In this document: one piece after another, positions 34,923-45,685 of the stretch
Layout: every line of letters starts with the position of its first letter
Position numbering within the stretch: position 1 is the stretch's first letter
Source of the DNA: Hyaloraphidium curvatum SAG 235-1
Taxonomy: Eukaryota > Fungi > Monoblepharomycota
DNA: 64,000 bases
Direction: 5' to 3'
Assembly: GCA_025558095.1 (NCBI GenBank)
Contig: JAIVFI010000025.1
Coordinates: 124,001-188,000 of the forward strand
The notes under the pieces: generated by a model
What the model saw: the letters and a program-made list of their open reading frames with translations, nothing else
What the model was told of the DNA's origin: nothing
Databases searched by the model: none
Program-made: the position numbers and the translations under genes

Positions 34923-36176
34923 ATGCCGCCGGTCGACCTCTCCACGCTCCCCGTCAAGCGCGTCCCCTTCCAGTACACGCACCGCGATGTGATCCTCTAC
35001 GCCGTGGCCGAGGGTGCCGGCTTTGAAGACCACAAGTGGGACCTCCTCCCGGGACCCTCTTAGTTCGCCATCTCACGCGTCACCGCCCCGCCTTCTACCT
35101 TATCTCACCCATTCTGCCCCTACAAGATTCGTTTGGGAACGCCATCCCTCGTTTGACGTCCTTCCTACATACATCACCGTGCTCGCGCAAAAGGCAGACA
35201 CCTTCGATCTCCGGCCCTTCGAAGTCATCGCGGCGCAAAATGCAGTCGACGTCCCGGGCATCAAGATAGACCCCAAGCTGGTTCTGGACGGAGGCAGGAC
35301 GATCGAGTGGCTCGTGGGTCTCCCTGGGTGGGGTGTTGACTAGGCTGACCCGTGATCCGGCAGGCTCCCATCCCGCTCTCGGCAAAGGGCGAGACCATCT
35401 CCAAAACCACCGGCGTTTACGACGTCGGCAGCGCCGCCGTGATTGAGACCACCTCTACCGTCGTCGCCAACGGCGTCGAGGTCGCCAGGATCGTCGGGCA
35501 GAGGTTCTGCCGCGGCGCCGGGGGGTTCGGCGGGCCAAGGCCGCCCAAGGAGGCCGGCGCGGCGGTGCCGGAGGGCAAGGCGCCGGATGCCGTGATGGAG
35601 ATCAAGATTCCGCTGAACCAGACGCTGATTTACCGGCTGAGCGGGGACACCATGCCTCAGGTGGGGCGTTCCTCGGCAGCCAGATGGCACAGGAGGCTCA
35701 CGTTTCTATCTGGGCAGCACGTGGACCTGGAGCTCGCCAAGGCCAACAACTGGCAGATGCCGATCGTCATGGGTGGGTTTCCCGACCCCCCTTTGCGCCT
35801 CGTCCCGCTTTCGCCCACTGACACCCGTCCTCCCCCGCCCACCAGGCCTCGGAACCTACGGCATGACCGGCCGCGCCATCCTCAAGCACTTTGCCGGCGA
35901 CGAACCCTCGCGGATGAAGTCCATGAAGGGCCGCTTCTCGGCCGTGGTGTACCCCGGCGAGACGCTGCGCGTGGAGATGTGGAAGGTGCGCGAGACGGCG
36001 GACGAGGTCGAGGTGGCGTTCGTGAGCAGGGTGGACCAGCGCAAAGGGACCGACGGGAAGGGTCTGGTCGTGATGAACATGGGTGAGTGTGTGTGCAGTG
36101 TTGGGCGATCGGGAGCTCATAATCTTGGGCAGGCTCGGCAGTGTGCAGGAAGGCGGCCCCGGGGGCGAAGATCTGA
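34923..36176 (+). CDS. Peroxisomal MaoC-like enoyl-CoA hydratase 2 (double hotdog)
   Basis: THRDVILYA, YRLSGDTMPQHVD hydratase motif, GRFSAVVYPGETL, C-terminal AKI (PTS1-like); five introns. Confidence 0.88.
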
Positions 36177-36297
36177 TGTGTTTAGGCAGCCAAAAAAGGC
36201 GAACCGAAGAACGAAACTCTGATCAGAGAACAGTTCGGCGCCTCGTCCACGCCTAGGGCGTTTCGTCCGATTGTCCCCTGTTGAGACGCGACTACGA

Positions 36298-37662
36298 ATG
36301 AAAACTCTGCGGCTCCTTGGGTCACAAATCGCCCTCGGCCGACGATGTACGAGCACTTTGGAATCTCTGCCGTGCGGACTTGCGTTTCCCGGACCCCGCG
36401 GACAGCCTGCCGGCCGTACGGCGCGCCCTCTTGTTCGTTGGCGCCCTCCCGGCCACTTCCCCTCCCGTGCCCTCCCGAGGCGGTTTTCGGCCGCCGCAGC
36501 CCCTCTGGCCGATGATTTTGCCGCGCATCGTGGCAGCGTCGAGCGCCTTCTGTCGAAAATCGGGGAGCTGCGCGACTGGGACGCGCTGGAACGGGAGCGT
36601 GCCTCTCTGTCCCGCGAGCTCGCCGACCCAGACATCTGGCAGACCGCTCCCGACCGCGCCTCGGAGATTGGGCGGCGCTCCGCCGAGATCGCGTCCCTGC
36701 TGGACGCGCGGAAGGAGATGGCGTCGCGCCTGGCGGACCTGGTCGAGCTGTGGCAGCTCGCCCGCGCGGACGGCGATGCGGGCACGCTGCGCGAGGTCTT
36801 TTACGAGCTGCAGGACCTCGATGCCTCCGCGGAATCCTACTACCACGGCCTGCTGCTCCCCGAGCCGGAGCACAAGCTGGCCTGCATCGTGGAGCTCAGC
36901 GCCGGGCAGGGCGGCGTGGGCGCGGCGCAGTTCGTCTTCATGCTCTACCAAATGTACGACCGCTGGGCTCGGGCGCGCGGCTGGTCGGCGGTGCTCATGG
37001 ACGAGAGCGGGCTGGGCGCGTCCATGTCGGGGGAGATGGCGGCCAAAAGGATGGTGCTCCGCGTAGACGGCGAGGGGGCCTACGGCTGGCTGAGGGGTGA
37101 GAACGGGCTGCACAGGTTCATACGGTACACGCCCAACGAGAGGGAGCAGCGGCGGATGACGTACTTTGCCGCCGTCAAGGTGTACCCCGCCGAGGCCGAG
37201 GACGATCCCTCCGAGGAGCTGCTCGATATCCCGGCCTCGGACCTGCGGGTCGAGACGATGCGGGCCTCGGGGGCGGGCGGGCAGCACGTCAACACGACCG
37301 ACTCGGCGGTGCGAATCACCCACCTGCCGACGGGGACGACGGCGCAGTGCCAGCTGGACCGGTCGCAGCACCGCAACCGCGCCATGGCCATGCAGTGGCT
37401 CCGCGCCAAGCTGCTGGATGCGGAGCTGGAGAGGAGGGAGAACGCAAAACGGGCCGAAAGGAAGGCGGCGCCGGTGATCTCGTTCGGGAGCCAGCTGCTG
37501 CGGACCTACACGCTCAACCCGACCGAGTTGCTCAAGGACTACCGGACGGGATACGAGTCGCGGGACGTGAGGGGCGCGCTCGAGGGGGACATTGACGAGC
37601 TGCTAGAGTCGCATCTGCTCTACTCGTTCCGAATGTCTGTCGGCGAGCCCGAACAGAGCTAG
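36298..37662 (+). CDS. Bacterial-type peptide chain release factor 2, probably mitochondrial, with divergent decoding motifs
   Basis: Arg-rich N-terminal presequence; AYGWLRGENGLHR, RASGAGGQHVN, DRSQHRN, FGSQ..RTYTL and LEGDID match RF2; intronless. Confidence 0.88.
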   Translation: MKTLRLLGSQIALGRRCTSTLESLPCGLAFPGPRGQPAGRTARPLVRWRPPGHFPSRALPRRFSAAAAPLADDFAAHRGSVERLLSKIGELRDWDALERERASLSRELADPDIWQTAPDRASEIGRRSAEIASLLDARKEMASRLADLVELWQLARADGDAGTLREVFYELQDLDASAESYYHGLLLPEPEHKLACIVELSAGQGGVGAAQFVFMLYQMYDRWARARGWSAVLMDESGLGASMSGEMAAKRMVLRVDGEGAYGWLRGENGLHRFIRYTPNEREQRRMTYFAAVKVYPAEAEDDPSEELLDIPASDLRVETMRASGAGGQHVNTTDSAVRITHLPTGTTAQCQLDRSQHRNRAMAMQWLRAKLLDAELERRENAKRAERKAAPVISFGSQLLRTYTLNPTELLKDYRTGYESRDVRGALEGDIDELLESHLLYSFRMSVGEPEQS

Positions 37663-37682
37663 CTCCAGCGCAACCATGCCTG

Positions 37683-39140
37683 CTATTGAGGCGACGGGGC
37701 CGGCACCCCCACTTCGCCGCGGTTCACGTCCCGCCACCGCTCCAGCTGCAGCTCCTCCTCCGTGATTAGCTCCAGGTCCAGTTTTGCCACCGCCAGCGCG
37801 TTCTGCGCCACCCCTCCCGCCCCCGCCACGCTCTCCTGGGCCCCGACCCCTCTGATCCGCACGAACTGCACCGGCTTCCTGGAGCTCGTTTCGTCCAAAA
37901 ACGCGAGGAAGGTATCCACGGGGTCGCCCTTGCGCAAGTGCAGCTGCAACCACCCTGCCCCGGGCTCGGGCGCGCCCTCGAGCACCCAGTTGGCCATCCT
38001 GCTGACCACCTTTCCCCCCCACGCCTTGGGTGACGAAAAGCCGTACCGCGATATGCGGTACGGTTTTGGCAGCGCGAGCATGATCCACGGCCCGGCGTTG
38101 TTGTCCGTGACCACCAGCGACGCCCCCATCACGTCGTTGACGTCCCCCGACGCTACACCCGACGCCGTCGCCCGCACGCGGTCCTTCATCGTCGACAGCC
38201 GCGGCGCTTCCCCCAGGTACGTCCCCCTGGGCGCGCGCAGGGGTCGGCTCCCCGGCCCGAGCTTCGGGTCCGCGAACGGCCGGCCCTGCGCGGAAAGGCG
38301 GTCCAGCGCGCCGCGGAGGACCAGGGGGCGGGGGATGAATGGGAAGGAGTCGCAGTAGGCGAGGATCTGGTTGGGGATGGCCTCGAAGCGCACGTTGGAG
38401 AAGAGGTTGGCCCAGGGGGCCGAGTGGTCGTCGCCGGCAGGGGCGTCGTCGGACGCCCCAGCCGCTGTCGGGGCAATCGACGCCGTCGATGGCGCCGCTG
38501 GCTTGGTGCCCTCGACGTATTTGACGGCGCAGTACAGGACCTGCATCTCGTACAGCACGAGCAGGTCCGGGTGGGAGAGGAGCTCCTCCATGACGTCGAG
38601 CGGCAGCGCGGAAAAGTCGCCGTTCCAGACGACGGTCCCAAAGTGCTTCGCGGCGAACCCGATTATGGTCGCCGCAAACTCGCGGCATTCGTCGAACTCG
38701 AGCGCGCCAGAAAGCATCTCCAGCGCATTTTCGGGCCGCAACGTCGCCTCGACGAACGCGCCGGCGTGTTTCCGCAGCCGGGGCACGTCCAGCTGCACCG
38801 CCCACGCGTACAGCGCGAAGCACGAGTCCCGCGACACTGCGATCGTGCCCGAGTACAGGAACTCGAGCACGGCGGGCCACACGCCGCGCGGGTCGGGGAA
38901 GTGCAGCGCGACGGCGTGCTCCGCGGCCTCGCGGAAGTCCGAGGTGAGCGCGGTGCGGAAGAAGCCCGAGTGCGTGGCGAGGATCATGCGGTGCAGCTTC
39001 CGGTCGAGACCGTCGGGACCCGTGACCGTGACGTCCGAGAAGTCGCCCGTTTGGAGGAGGGATGCGAAGGCGCCAGTCCGCGAGAACCCGTCGGGGTCCA
39101 GCGGGTCCGAGTACGTGATCGTCTCCCCGTCCGCGCCCAT
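37683..39140 (-). CDS. BTB/POZ-BACK domain protein
   Basis: FSDVTV...LHRMILATHSGFFR...LEFLYSG; BACK region FSALPLDVMEELL; start MGADG. Confidence 0.85.
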   Translation of the reverse strand: MGADGETITYSDPLDPDGFSRTGAFASLLQTGDFSDVTVTGPDGLDRKLHRMILATHSGFFRTALTSDFREAAEHAVALHFPDPRGVWPAVLEFLYSGTIAVSRDSCFALYAWAVQLDVPRLRKHAGAFVEATLRPENALEMLSGALEFDECREFAATIIGFAAKHFGTVVWNGDFSALPLDVMEELLSHPDLLVLYEMQVLYCAVKYVEGTKPAAPSTASIAPTAAGASDDAPAGDDHSAPWANLFSNVRFEAIPNQILAYCDSFPFIPRPLVLRGALDRLSAQGRPFADPKLGPGSRPLRAPRGTYLGEAPRLSTMKDRVRATASGVASGDVNDVMGASLVVTDNNAGPWIMLALPKPYRISRYGFSSPKAWGGKVVSRMANWVLEGAPEPGAGWLQLHLRKGDPVDTFLAFLDETSSRKPVQFVRIRGVGAQESVAGAGGVAQNALAVAKLDLELITEEELQLERWRDVNRGEVGVPAPSPQ

Positions 39141-39311
39141 TGCGGCGACGAGGCAAAGACAAGCAATAGATACAGAAATGGAGACGCCCTCGTCGACCGC
39201 CTCAACACTGACGGTGGGGCCCGTCAGCCCGTTCAACTCGTCTTGCTGAGAGGTCCAGCTGTGCGCGGTCGCTGTGCGCGGGCTCTTTCCCCTCTCCCCC
39301 GCGTGGCCGCG

Positions 39312-40398
39312 ATGAGCGGCAAGGCGGGCCGCGGCGATGCTCGCGAGAAGGAGAAGCACTCCGCGGACACGGTGCCGCTTTTGACGCAGGGCGGCGCGCC
39401 GTTGTCGTCGGGACCCGCGCCGGAGTTTGCCGAACTGCCCTCCGCGCCGCCGCCCCCGTTCGAGGAGGCCGTCGGCTCGGCGCCCCCGCCACCCCTCCAG
39501 GACGGACAAATGTCGCCGGTCGACATGCCGCCGGACTACTTCGCGGTCAGCGTCACGCCCAACACCCCGGTGATCTATCCGAACGACTGGGTGCCGTCGG
39601 TCCGGGGCCCGACCTCGGTGCACATCGAGCGCGACTCGTTGTTCAACGTCACCAGCTACGCCAAGGAGCTGGAGCACAACCCCGACGAGCTGTGGCGGTA
39701 CCTGATGTCCTTCTCGGACCCGCCGCGGATGGAGATCCGCATCGAGGGCTGGCGTTGGGAGACGAGATGGCACGTCGAGCACTACACCGAGAACGGGCAG
39801 ACCCGCTCGCGGACCGTGTCCAGGGAGGAGCGGGTGACGGATTTCCTCACCTGCATCGACGCGTCGCCCTACATCAACCCGCAGTGGACGCGGGTCGTGG
39901 CGCTCTCGCAGAGCGGCGAGGGCCAGAGCATCCGGGACGTGTTGGAGGAGTTCACGCGGAGCAAGGACCGCCTGAAGGAGATCGTGATGTCGAAGCAGCT
40001 CGTTTGGGACTTCAACGCCCTGACGGCGGCCTTGACCTCGATCGCGAGGTCGCAGTACCCGCACAACATCGCCGTGAGCTACCACCCGACCAACTCCCAG
40101 GTGACCGCGTGCGCGTCCAACAAGGCGGCAAAGCTGGCGCGCCGCTGTTGGGTCTGGTGCCTTCTGAGCATCACCTGCCTCTGGATCTGCGCGCTGCCCA
40201 TCTGGCTGTCGCGGAGGAAAGTGGAGGCGCTCGTGGTATGTGGTTAGCCTTGCTGTTTGTCCGCGCCCGCTAATCCACGGTCCTCACCAGATGGAATTCG
40301 TGCCCGTCGCCCCGGTCAGTGTCTTCTACACGAGGAACTACCACCACATCCTGCAGGCGATCGCGACTCGTTCCCGGACCCCGATAGTGGCCGTATGA
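39312..40398 (+). CDS. Membrane protein with PY motif (possible Rsp5 adaptor)
   Basis: Pro-rich N-terminus with PPDY; Cys-rich hydrophobic segment CWVWCLLSITCLWICALPIW; one intron near 40236. Confidence 0.7.
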
Positions 40399-40431
40399 TC
40401 ATTCCTTTCGTGTTTTGTATTGATGGCATCG

Positions 40432-41094
40432 TCACCGGAGTACCTCGAACCCCCCCTCAAGCATCCCGATGATCTCGTCCAGCCGATCCACCACCCGATC
40501 CGCCACCCCCTCGAACGCCGCGTTCCCCTCCCTCCGCACCAGCACCGCCACCCCGCCCCCGTCCCGCCCGCACCGCAGATCGTCCCCGTGGTCCCCCACG
40601 ATCATGCAGTCCCGCGGGTCCACGTCCCACGCCGATGCGGCGTGGAGGAAGCCGTCCGGGTGGGGTTTGGGGAGGAACGGCGAGTCCCGATGGATCAGCG
40701 GCCGCAAAGGATAGGCGGAGAAGTGCGTCCGGACGGCGTGCGAGAGCGGCGCCTCGTTGTTCCGGGTGATGATGGTCATCGGCAGCCCCACGTCGGCGAG
40801 GTACTGCAGCAGCTCGTGCGCGCCGGGGTAGACCTCCATGTGCGCGATCGCGTCGGCCTCCATCTCGGCGACGATGCGCTCGGCCTCGGCGCGCTTCTCG
40901 GGCGGGAAGCTCCGCATCGTCGCGATGATGTCCTGCGTGGGGAGGATGCCCAGGCGCTGCCGCATCGCCTTGAAGTCAAGGGTGGATGTCACGAGCGTGT
41001 TGTCCATGTCGAAGAGCACGCCGCGGATGGTCCGGTGCGCGGCGGATTCGGGGGGTGTCCGCACGGGATGGTAGCGCACCCGCTCGGCGCTCAT
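40432..41094 (-). CDS. HAD-superfamily hydrolase (subfamily IA)
   Basis: FDMDNTL, ITRN, KPHP, IVGDHGDD. Confidence 0.9.
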   Translation of the reverse strand: MSAERVRYHPVRTPPESAAHRTIRGVLFDMDNTLVTSTLDFKAMRQRLGILPTQDIIATMRSFPPEKRAEAERIVAEMEADAIAHMEVYPGAHELLQYLADVGLPMTIITRNNEAPLSHAVRTHFSAYPLRPLIHRDSPFLPKPHPDGFLHAASAWDVDPRDCMIVGDHGDDLRCGRDGGGVAVLVRREGNAAFEGVADRVVDRLDEIIGMLEGGFEVLR

Positions 41095-41512
41095 CGTGGC
41101 GGCAGAGGCCGCTCGTCCGCGAGTTCCGGTGCCGGACACCGCGATTCGCGGGCCGAATGCGGTGCCTCGCGTCCAGAGAGCGCGGACCGCCAGCTCTCCT
41201 CTCTCTCCTTTCCCCCTTTCTCCTCCTCCCCGGCTACGTGCTTTGCCTCGCGTCAATGATCCTGTTCATCTTTCCAAGCCGTGCTTTGATTTGCGAAGCC
41301 ACAAAGAGGTCCTTCTATATCCAATCAGGGCATGGGTGGACTCGAAGCGTGCTAAATTAATGCCCAAGGTCCAGCTTTGGGTCGGACGATTTTTTTTGTA
41401 GTGAGCGAGGGCCAAACCGTTAGGCTCATACTTCGCCAAACGGGATCCTGCTCGGCGCCAAAGCGTGGCTGTCGCACGATGACGCTCCACTATCGACTCT
41501 CTTTCACCACAT

Positions 41513-43177
41513 TCACACCTTGACAAAGAGCTTCCGGGACGTGTAGAGGCGCAGCGACAAGGCCACGGCCATCGACGCCGCGCACGATCCCATCACGTAC
41601 AGGATCATCCCGGTCCAGTTGGTCCCCAACCTCTGCCCTGTCACGGGATCGTACGTCGTCCCCGCGTCCACGATCGCGCCGGCGATCGCCGGGCCGAACA
41701 GGTCCCCGGCGGCGAACGCCGTGTACAGCCAGCCGATGAGCGTCGCGAGGCCGGCGATCTGCTTCCTTTTCGGCCTGGCGGGCGAATTCTCGCCCCGCAG
41801 CAGCTCGTCGCGCATCTCCTCCACCACCGCGCTGCTCCGCTTGATGTTGTCGATCTCGTAGGACGCCGTGCTGGGCGCGCTCACGACGACGCCCCCGGAG
41901 AAAAGGCCCCAGATCGCGCTCATCGCGTACAGCGGCGCCAGCGTCCCCTGGTCGTTGGCAAAGGGCAGCCACACGGCCATTGCAACCGTGCACATGAACA
42001 GGGAGAACACCATGGCGTTCTGGAGGCCGATGAAGGTCGCGAGGACGCCGATGAGGATGCGGCCGAGGGCGAGGACGCCGCTGATGATGCTGACCATGGC
42101 GGCGCCGACGCTGGAGGTGCAGGTGGGGCAGGTGTCGCTGATGGCGAGCGCAACGTACTGCTGCGGCACGAAAATGGTGAAGGCCCCCAGGAAAACGTAC
42201 AGATATGTAAGGTTGAAGGTGACGCTCGTAAGTGTCGCGACGAAGAACGGCGAGAAGTGCTTCAGCATGAAACGCGGCACGTTGGGTCGCGGCGTCATCG
42301 CCGATTCGAAGCCATCGATCGAGAGGTGCTTCTCATGGTCCTCCTTTGCCGCGTTGTTCCTCTCTGCAGCTCCGTCCTCGTTCCATGCTGGCATAGGCAG
42401 CTGAACGCCGTCGTTCGTAGCCTCAGACGGAGGAGCCACATCGGCTGCGCGTCCAGGATCTTGTTGCGGTTCCTCGACAGTGGACCCGTCCGTTTCCTTC
42501 GTGGCGGTTTCTGTCCGACGCCCCCTGATGCACAGGAAGGAGAAGAGAAGCAGACCCGTGGCTATCCCGCCCTGCACCCGGAAGGTGAACCGCCAGCCGC
42601 CACCGTCGAGGAGCACCTGTGTGATCCATGACATGACGAGGCCTCCTACTCCGGTTCCAGAAACCGTGAATGCCAGGGGGATGTTGCGGCGCCCAGGCGA
42701 AAACCAAACAGACGTGGCTGCCATCGAGGGCATGATCGTCATTGCGCTCCCAATGCCGAACAGCAGGCTGTACGTCAGGTATAGCTGCCAAACCTGGGAG
42801 CAGAAGGAGCCGGAAACGAGGCCGGCGCCGCAGAAGAGGGAACCCGCAAGCCCGACCGGACGGGGCCCAAGGCGGTCCGTCAGGAAGCCTGCGACCACGC
42901 CGAAGATGGTAATGCAGCCGACGCTGAGCGAAGCAACCAGGGAGAGCGAAAGGTTGGAAACGCTTCCCAGCCCGGCCGTCGCGTCGGCGCCCGTCGACGT
43001 CAGCAGGATCTCTTTCTGCACCAAGCCGAAGGCCAACCCTATGCCGAGCACGACGACGTGGACGATAAATGCGCCCACAGCCACCGTCCACGCTCGGAGA
43101 CCGTCCAGCGGCACTTTAGTGTCTGCGTCGGTGTCCCCATCTTCCGGTTTCTGCACACTGTCCCCAGCTTCGGCCAT
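41513..43177 (-). CDS. MFS monocarboxylate-porter-like transporter
   Basis: PLDGLRAWTV, LTDRLGPR, about 12 TM segments; first ATG at 43177. Confidence 0.88.
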   Translation of the reverse strand: MAEAGDSVQKPEDGDTDADTKVPLDGLRAWTVAVGAFIVHVVVLGIGLAFGLVQKEILLTSTGADATAGLGSVSNLSLSLVASLSVGCITIFGVVAGFLTDRLGPRPVGLAGSLFCGAGLVSGSFCSQVWQLYLTYSLLFGIGSAMTIMPSMAATSVWFSPGRRNIPLAFTVSGTGVGGLVMSWITQVLLDGGGWRFTFRVQGGIATGLLLFSFLCIRGRRTETATKETDGSTVEEPQQDPGRAADVAPPSEATNDGVQLPMPAWNEDGAAERNNAAKEDHEKHLSIDGFESAMTPRPNVPRFMLKHFSPFFVATLTSVTFNLTYLYVFLGAFTIFVPQQYVALAISDTCPTCTSSVGAAMVSIISGVLALGRILIGVLATFIGLQNAMVFSLFMCTVAMAVWLPFANDQGTLAPLYAMSAIWGLFSGGVVVSAPSTASYEIDNIKRSSAVVEEMRDELLRGENSPARPKRKQIAGLATLIGWLYTAFAAGDLFGPAIAGAIVDAGTTYDPVTGQRLGTNWTGMILYVMGSCAASMAVALSLRLYTSRKLFVKV

Positions 43178-43442
43178 AGGCGAGTCCGATTCCACCCTCA
43201 GATTCGCCGGCGGGCGCCCATTGGCGGCCGGAGCACGTGCAGGGCTGTGAATCCGGTCTGGCGCCGGAAAGAGGCACGGCCGTGAGCACTCTGGGGCTCA
43301 ACGCGTAGCGACCCGGGTGGGAATCCCGCGGGAATGCCGCCGTGATCGGCAGGACGGCGATCGAGCTGCTCCACTGCTACACGCTGCCGGACGAAACTGG
43401 ACTGCAATCGCGTCGAACGGACAGATTTGAAAGGGCTCCGGC

Positions 43443-44534
43443 ATGGAAATTGATTCGATCCTGGACGCGTTGGCGCGCAACTTCCCGTCTCGCGTCGTCG
43501 GCCCCGGGGGGGACATCCTCGTCCAGCGGACTTCGCTCGAGCCCCTGGTCCGCGGCTACACGAACCAGGTGCTGATTCTTCCCATGGCAACGGGAGATGC
43601 CGTGGTTGTGCGATTGCACAAGCTCGAGTCATCGGAGCAGCCGTGGCGGAGTCGTGCCTTCATGGAGCTGGAGATTGTCGTCCTCGACCATCTTTCGAAA
43701 ACGGAGGACAGGTATGTCCGGGACAGAGTGCCACGATTCTGGAGGAAAGATGGCGCGCACGGCGGGACCCTGGACTCCTACTTGTTTGACGTCGACGAGG
43801 ACGTGGTCGGAATTGCCTATACTCTGCTTCCAGGAAATGCCTTGAAGGCTCTTCCCACCTCCATGAGCACGCGGCACTCGGTTGTTGCGCAGGTCGGCGG
43901 CTTGTTGGGCCGCCTACATGCCTCCCTTGCGACCTTGCCGGATCCTCCTTCTTTGGACAGCATCCTGGAGATCAAGGATGCCAAGGAGCCTGTTTCGGCA
44001 TCGTTCGCTGCCAAGGAAGCGCGATTTCGGGCAGATCGATGTCGCCAGGCGGGGAGAATCGAGCAAGCTGTCGCGCTCGAGAGGTGCGTGGCGATCATTG
44101 AAACACGGGTGACACCTATCAGCGAGGAGCTTCCGGCGGGTGTAGTTCACACGGACGTCAGCCTGAGCAACGTTCTCTGGGAGACAACGGACTTGGATGA
44201 CTTGCTTTTGACCGGGCTCGTGGATTTTGATTTCGTCCACCTGGGACCTTTCCTTCACGACGTCGGGTTTGCGATCCCGTTCTGGTGCATCTCGCCCACC
44301 ACGCATCTGGTCGACGATGATCTCGTCGCTACGCTTCTTGAGGTATACTGCGAACACCGCCCGCTTTCTGACCTGGAACGGAAGTCCGTTCTCCCGTATG
44401 CAGTCTGCGTGTGGCTCCGCAGCCTGGCTTGGCTCAATCGGGAAGCACACTGGCAGAATCCAGATTTCTGTGCGTTTGAAGAGAAGCAGCGACGTGTACT
44501 GCTTGACCTAACGTCGCGAATACGACCGAAATAG
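43443..44534 (+). CDS. APH-family phosphotransferase (homoserine kinase type II-like)
   Basis: LGRLHASL, GVVHTDVSLSNVL, GLVDFD; intronless. Confidence 0.85.
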   Translation: MEIDSILDALARNFPSRVVGPGGDILVQRTSLEPLVRGYTNQVLILPMATGDAVVVRLHKLESSEQPWRSRAFMELEIVVLDHLSKTEDRYVRDRVPRFWRKDGAHGGTLDSYLFDVDEDVVGIAYTLLPGNALKALPTSMSTRHSVVAQVGGLLGRLHASLATLPDPPSLDSILEIKDAKEPVSASFAAKEARFRADRCRQAGRIEQAVALERCVAIIETRVTPISEELPAGVVHTDVSLSNVLWETTDLDDLLLTGLVDFDFVHLGPFLHDVGFAIPFWCISPTTHLVDDDLVATLLEVYCEHRPLSDLERKSVLPYAVCVWLRSLAWLNREAHWQNPDFCAFEEKQRRVLLDLTSRIRPK

Positions 44535-44615
44535 CGGCACCGACATCATGAGTCAGTTTGTGCGCCACAGGGTGTCAGGGTCGCTGTCCTCTCCTTTCTG
44601 CTCATCCAACGCCCA

Positions 44616-45670
44616 ATGGGACAAGTCGTCTCGCTTGGACGGTCCGATGCCGGACCTCGCGAACGGAAGTTCCACGACGTCGACCGGCTCGCCTTTCTCC
44701 GGCTCCCCATCTCGGACTTTGTCCCGAAGCGTCCCCTGGTCAAGCTCGAAAAAGGCGCCACGCTCGGGGACCTCCTCGACGCGTTCCGCAAACACAACTT
44801 GACCTCGATTCCTGTCTGCACCCGGCCCGAAACCGGCGAGGCCTTCGCGGAGTCCTACGAGCTTTTCGACGTAGCCGATGCCATCGACTTTCTGCACGGC
44901 GCATTGGAGGGGACGAAAACGTTGACGGACGAACTGAAGGCCAAGCTGTGGAACGCTCCCGTGTCGGTCGTCAAGGCAAAGACGCCGACCCTGCTTGTCT
45001 TTGGTAGGGCAACGGTCTCGGAGGTCATCGCCGCCATGCGAGCGAACCAGAACTATCGCATGCTCGTTGTCGGAGATGACGATGAATTGGTACACATTGT
45101 CACCCAATCAGGCATTGTGCGCTTCATAAATGACAACTTGGACAAGCTGCATCCGAGACCGGACGCTACGCTGGCAGAGCTGTCCTTCTACGGGGCTCCA
45201 CCCCCTCTCTTGACATGTCGGGAGGATGAGCGCGCGATTGCGGCCTTTGCGGCGATGAGATCTCGGAAGTTCACCGCAGCGGTAAGGTTCTCCCGTTTCC
45301 CGTCAAGCCTGCCTGTTCTGACCCGACTGTGCAGCCCGTCGTAGACAGCATGAGTGTCATGAAACACTTCATCTCGGTACGCGACGCCAGGTTCGTCACC
45401 TGCCCCAACCTGCAGGACCTCCTCCTTCCCGCGATGTCTTTCCTGAAAAAGTACCGCCCCACATACCCACGACATTCGTTGGACGAGACTTTGAGGCAGC
45501 TGATCGGGGTCTTTTCTTCATTAGGACACCATCACGCGTTCTTCACCGACGAAACGGGGGCGCCCGTCAACGTGATCACCTTGACGGACATCCTCGATCT
45601 CCTATGGAGCGGCGGCTACGAGGAAAACGCCTTTCTTCGCGAAAGAATGTCTCTTGAAGAAGATAGATGA
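44616..45670 (+). CDS. CBS-domain protein (AMPK-gamma/Sds23-like)
   Basis: Repeated CBS motifs (HNLTSIPV, HIVTQSGIV, NVITLTDIL); MGQVVS possible myristoylation site; one intron near 45282. Confidence 0.75.
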
Positions 45671-45685
45671 ACACCGGACCTCTCC

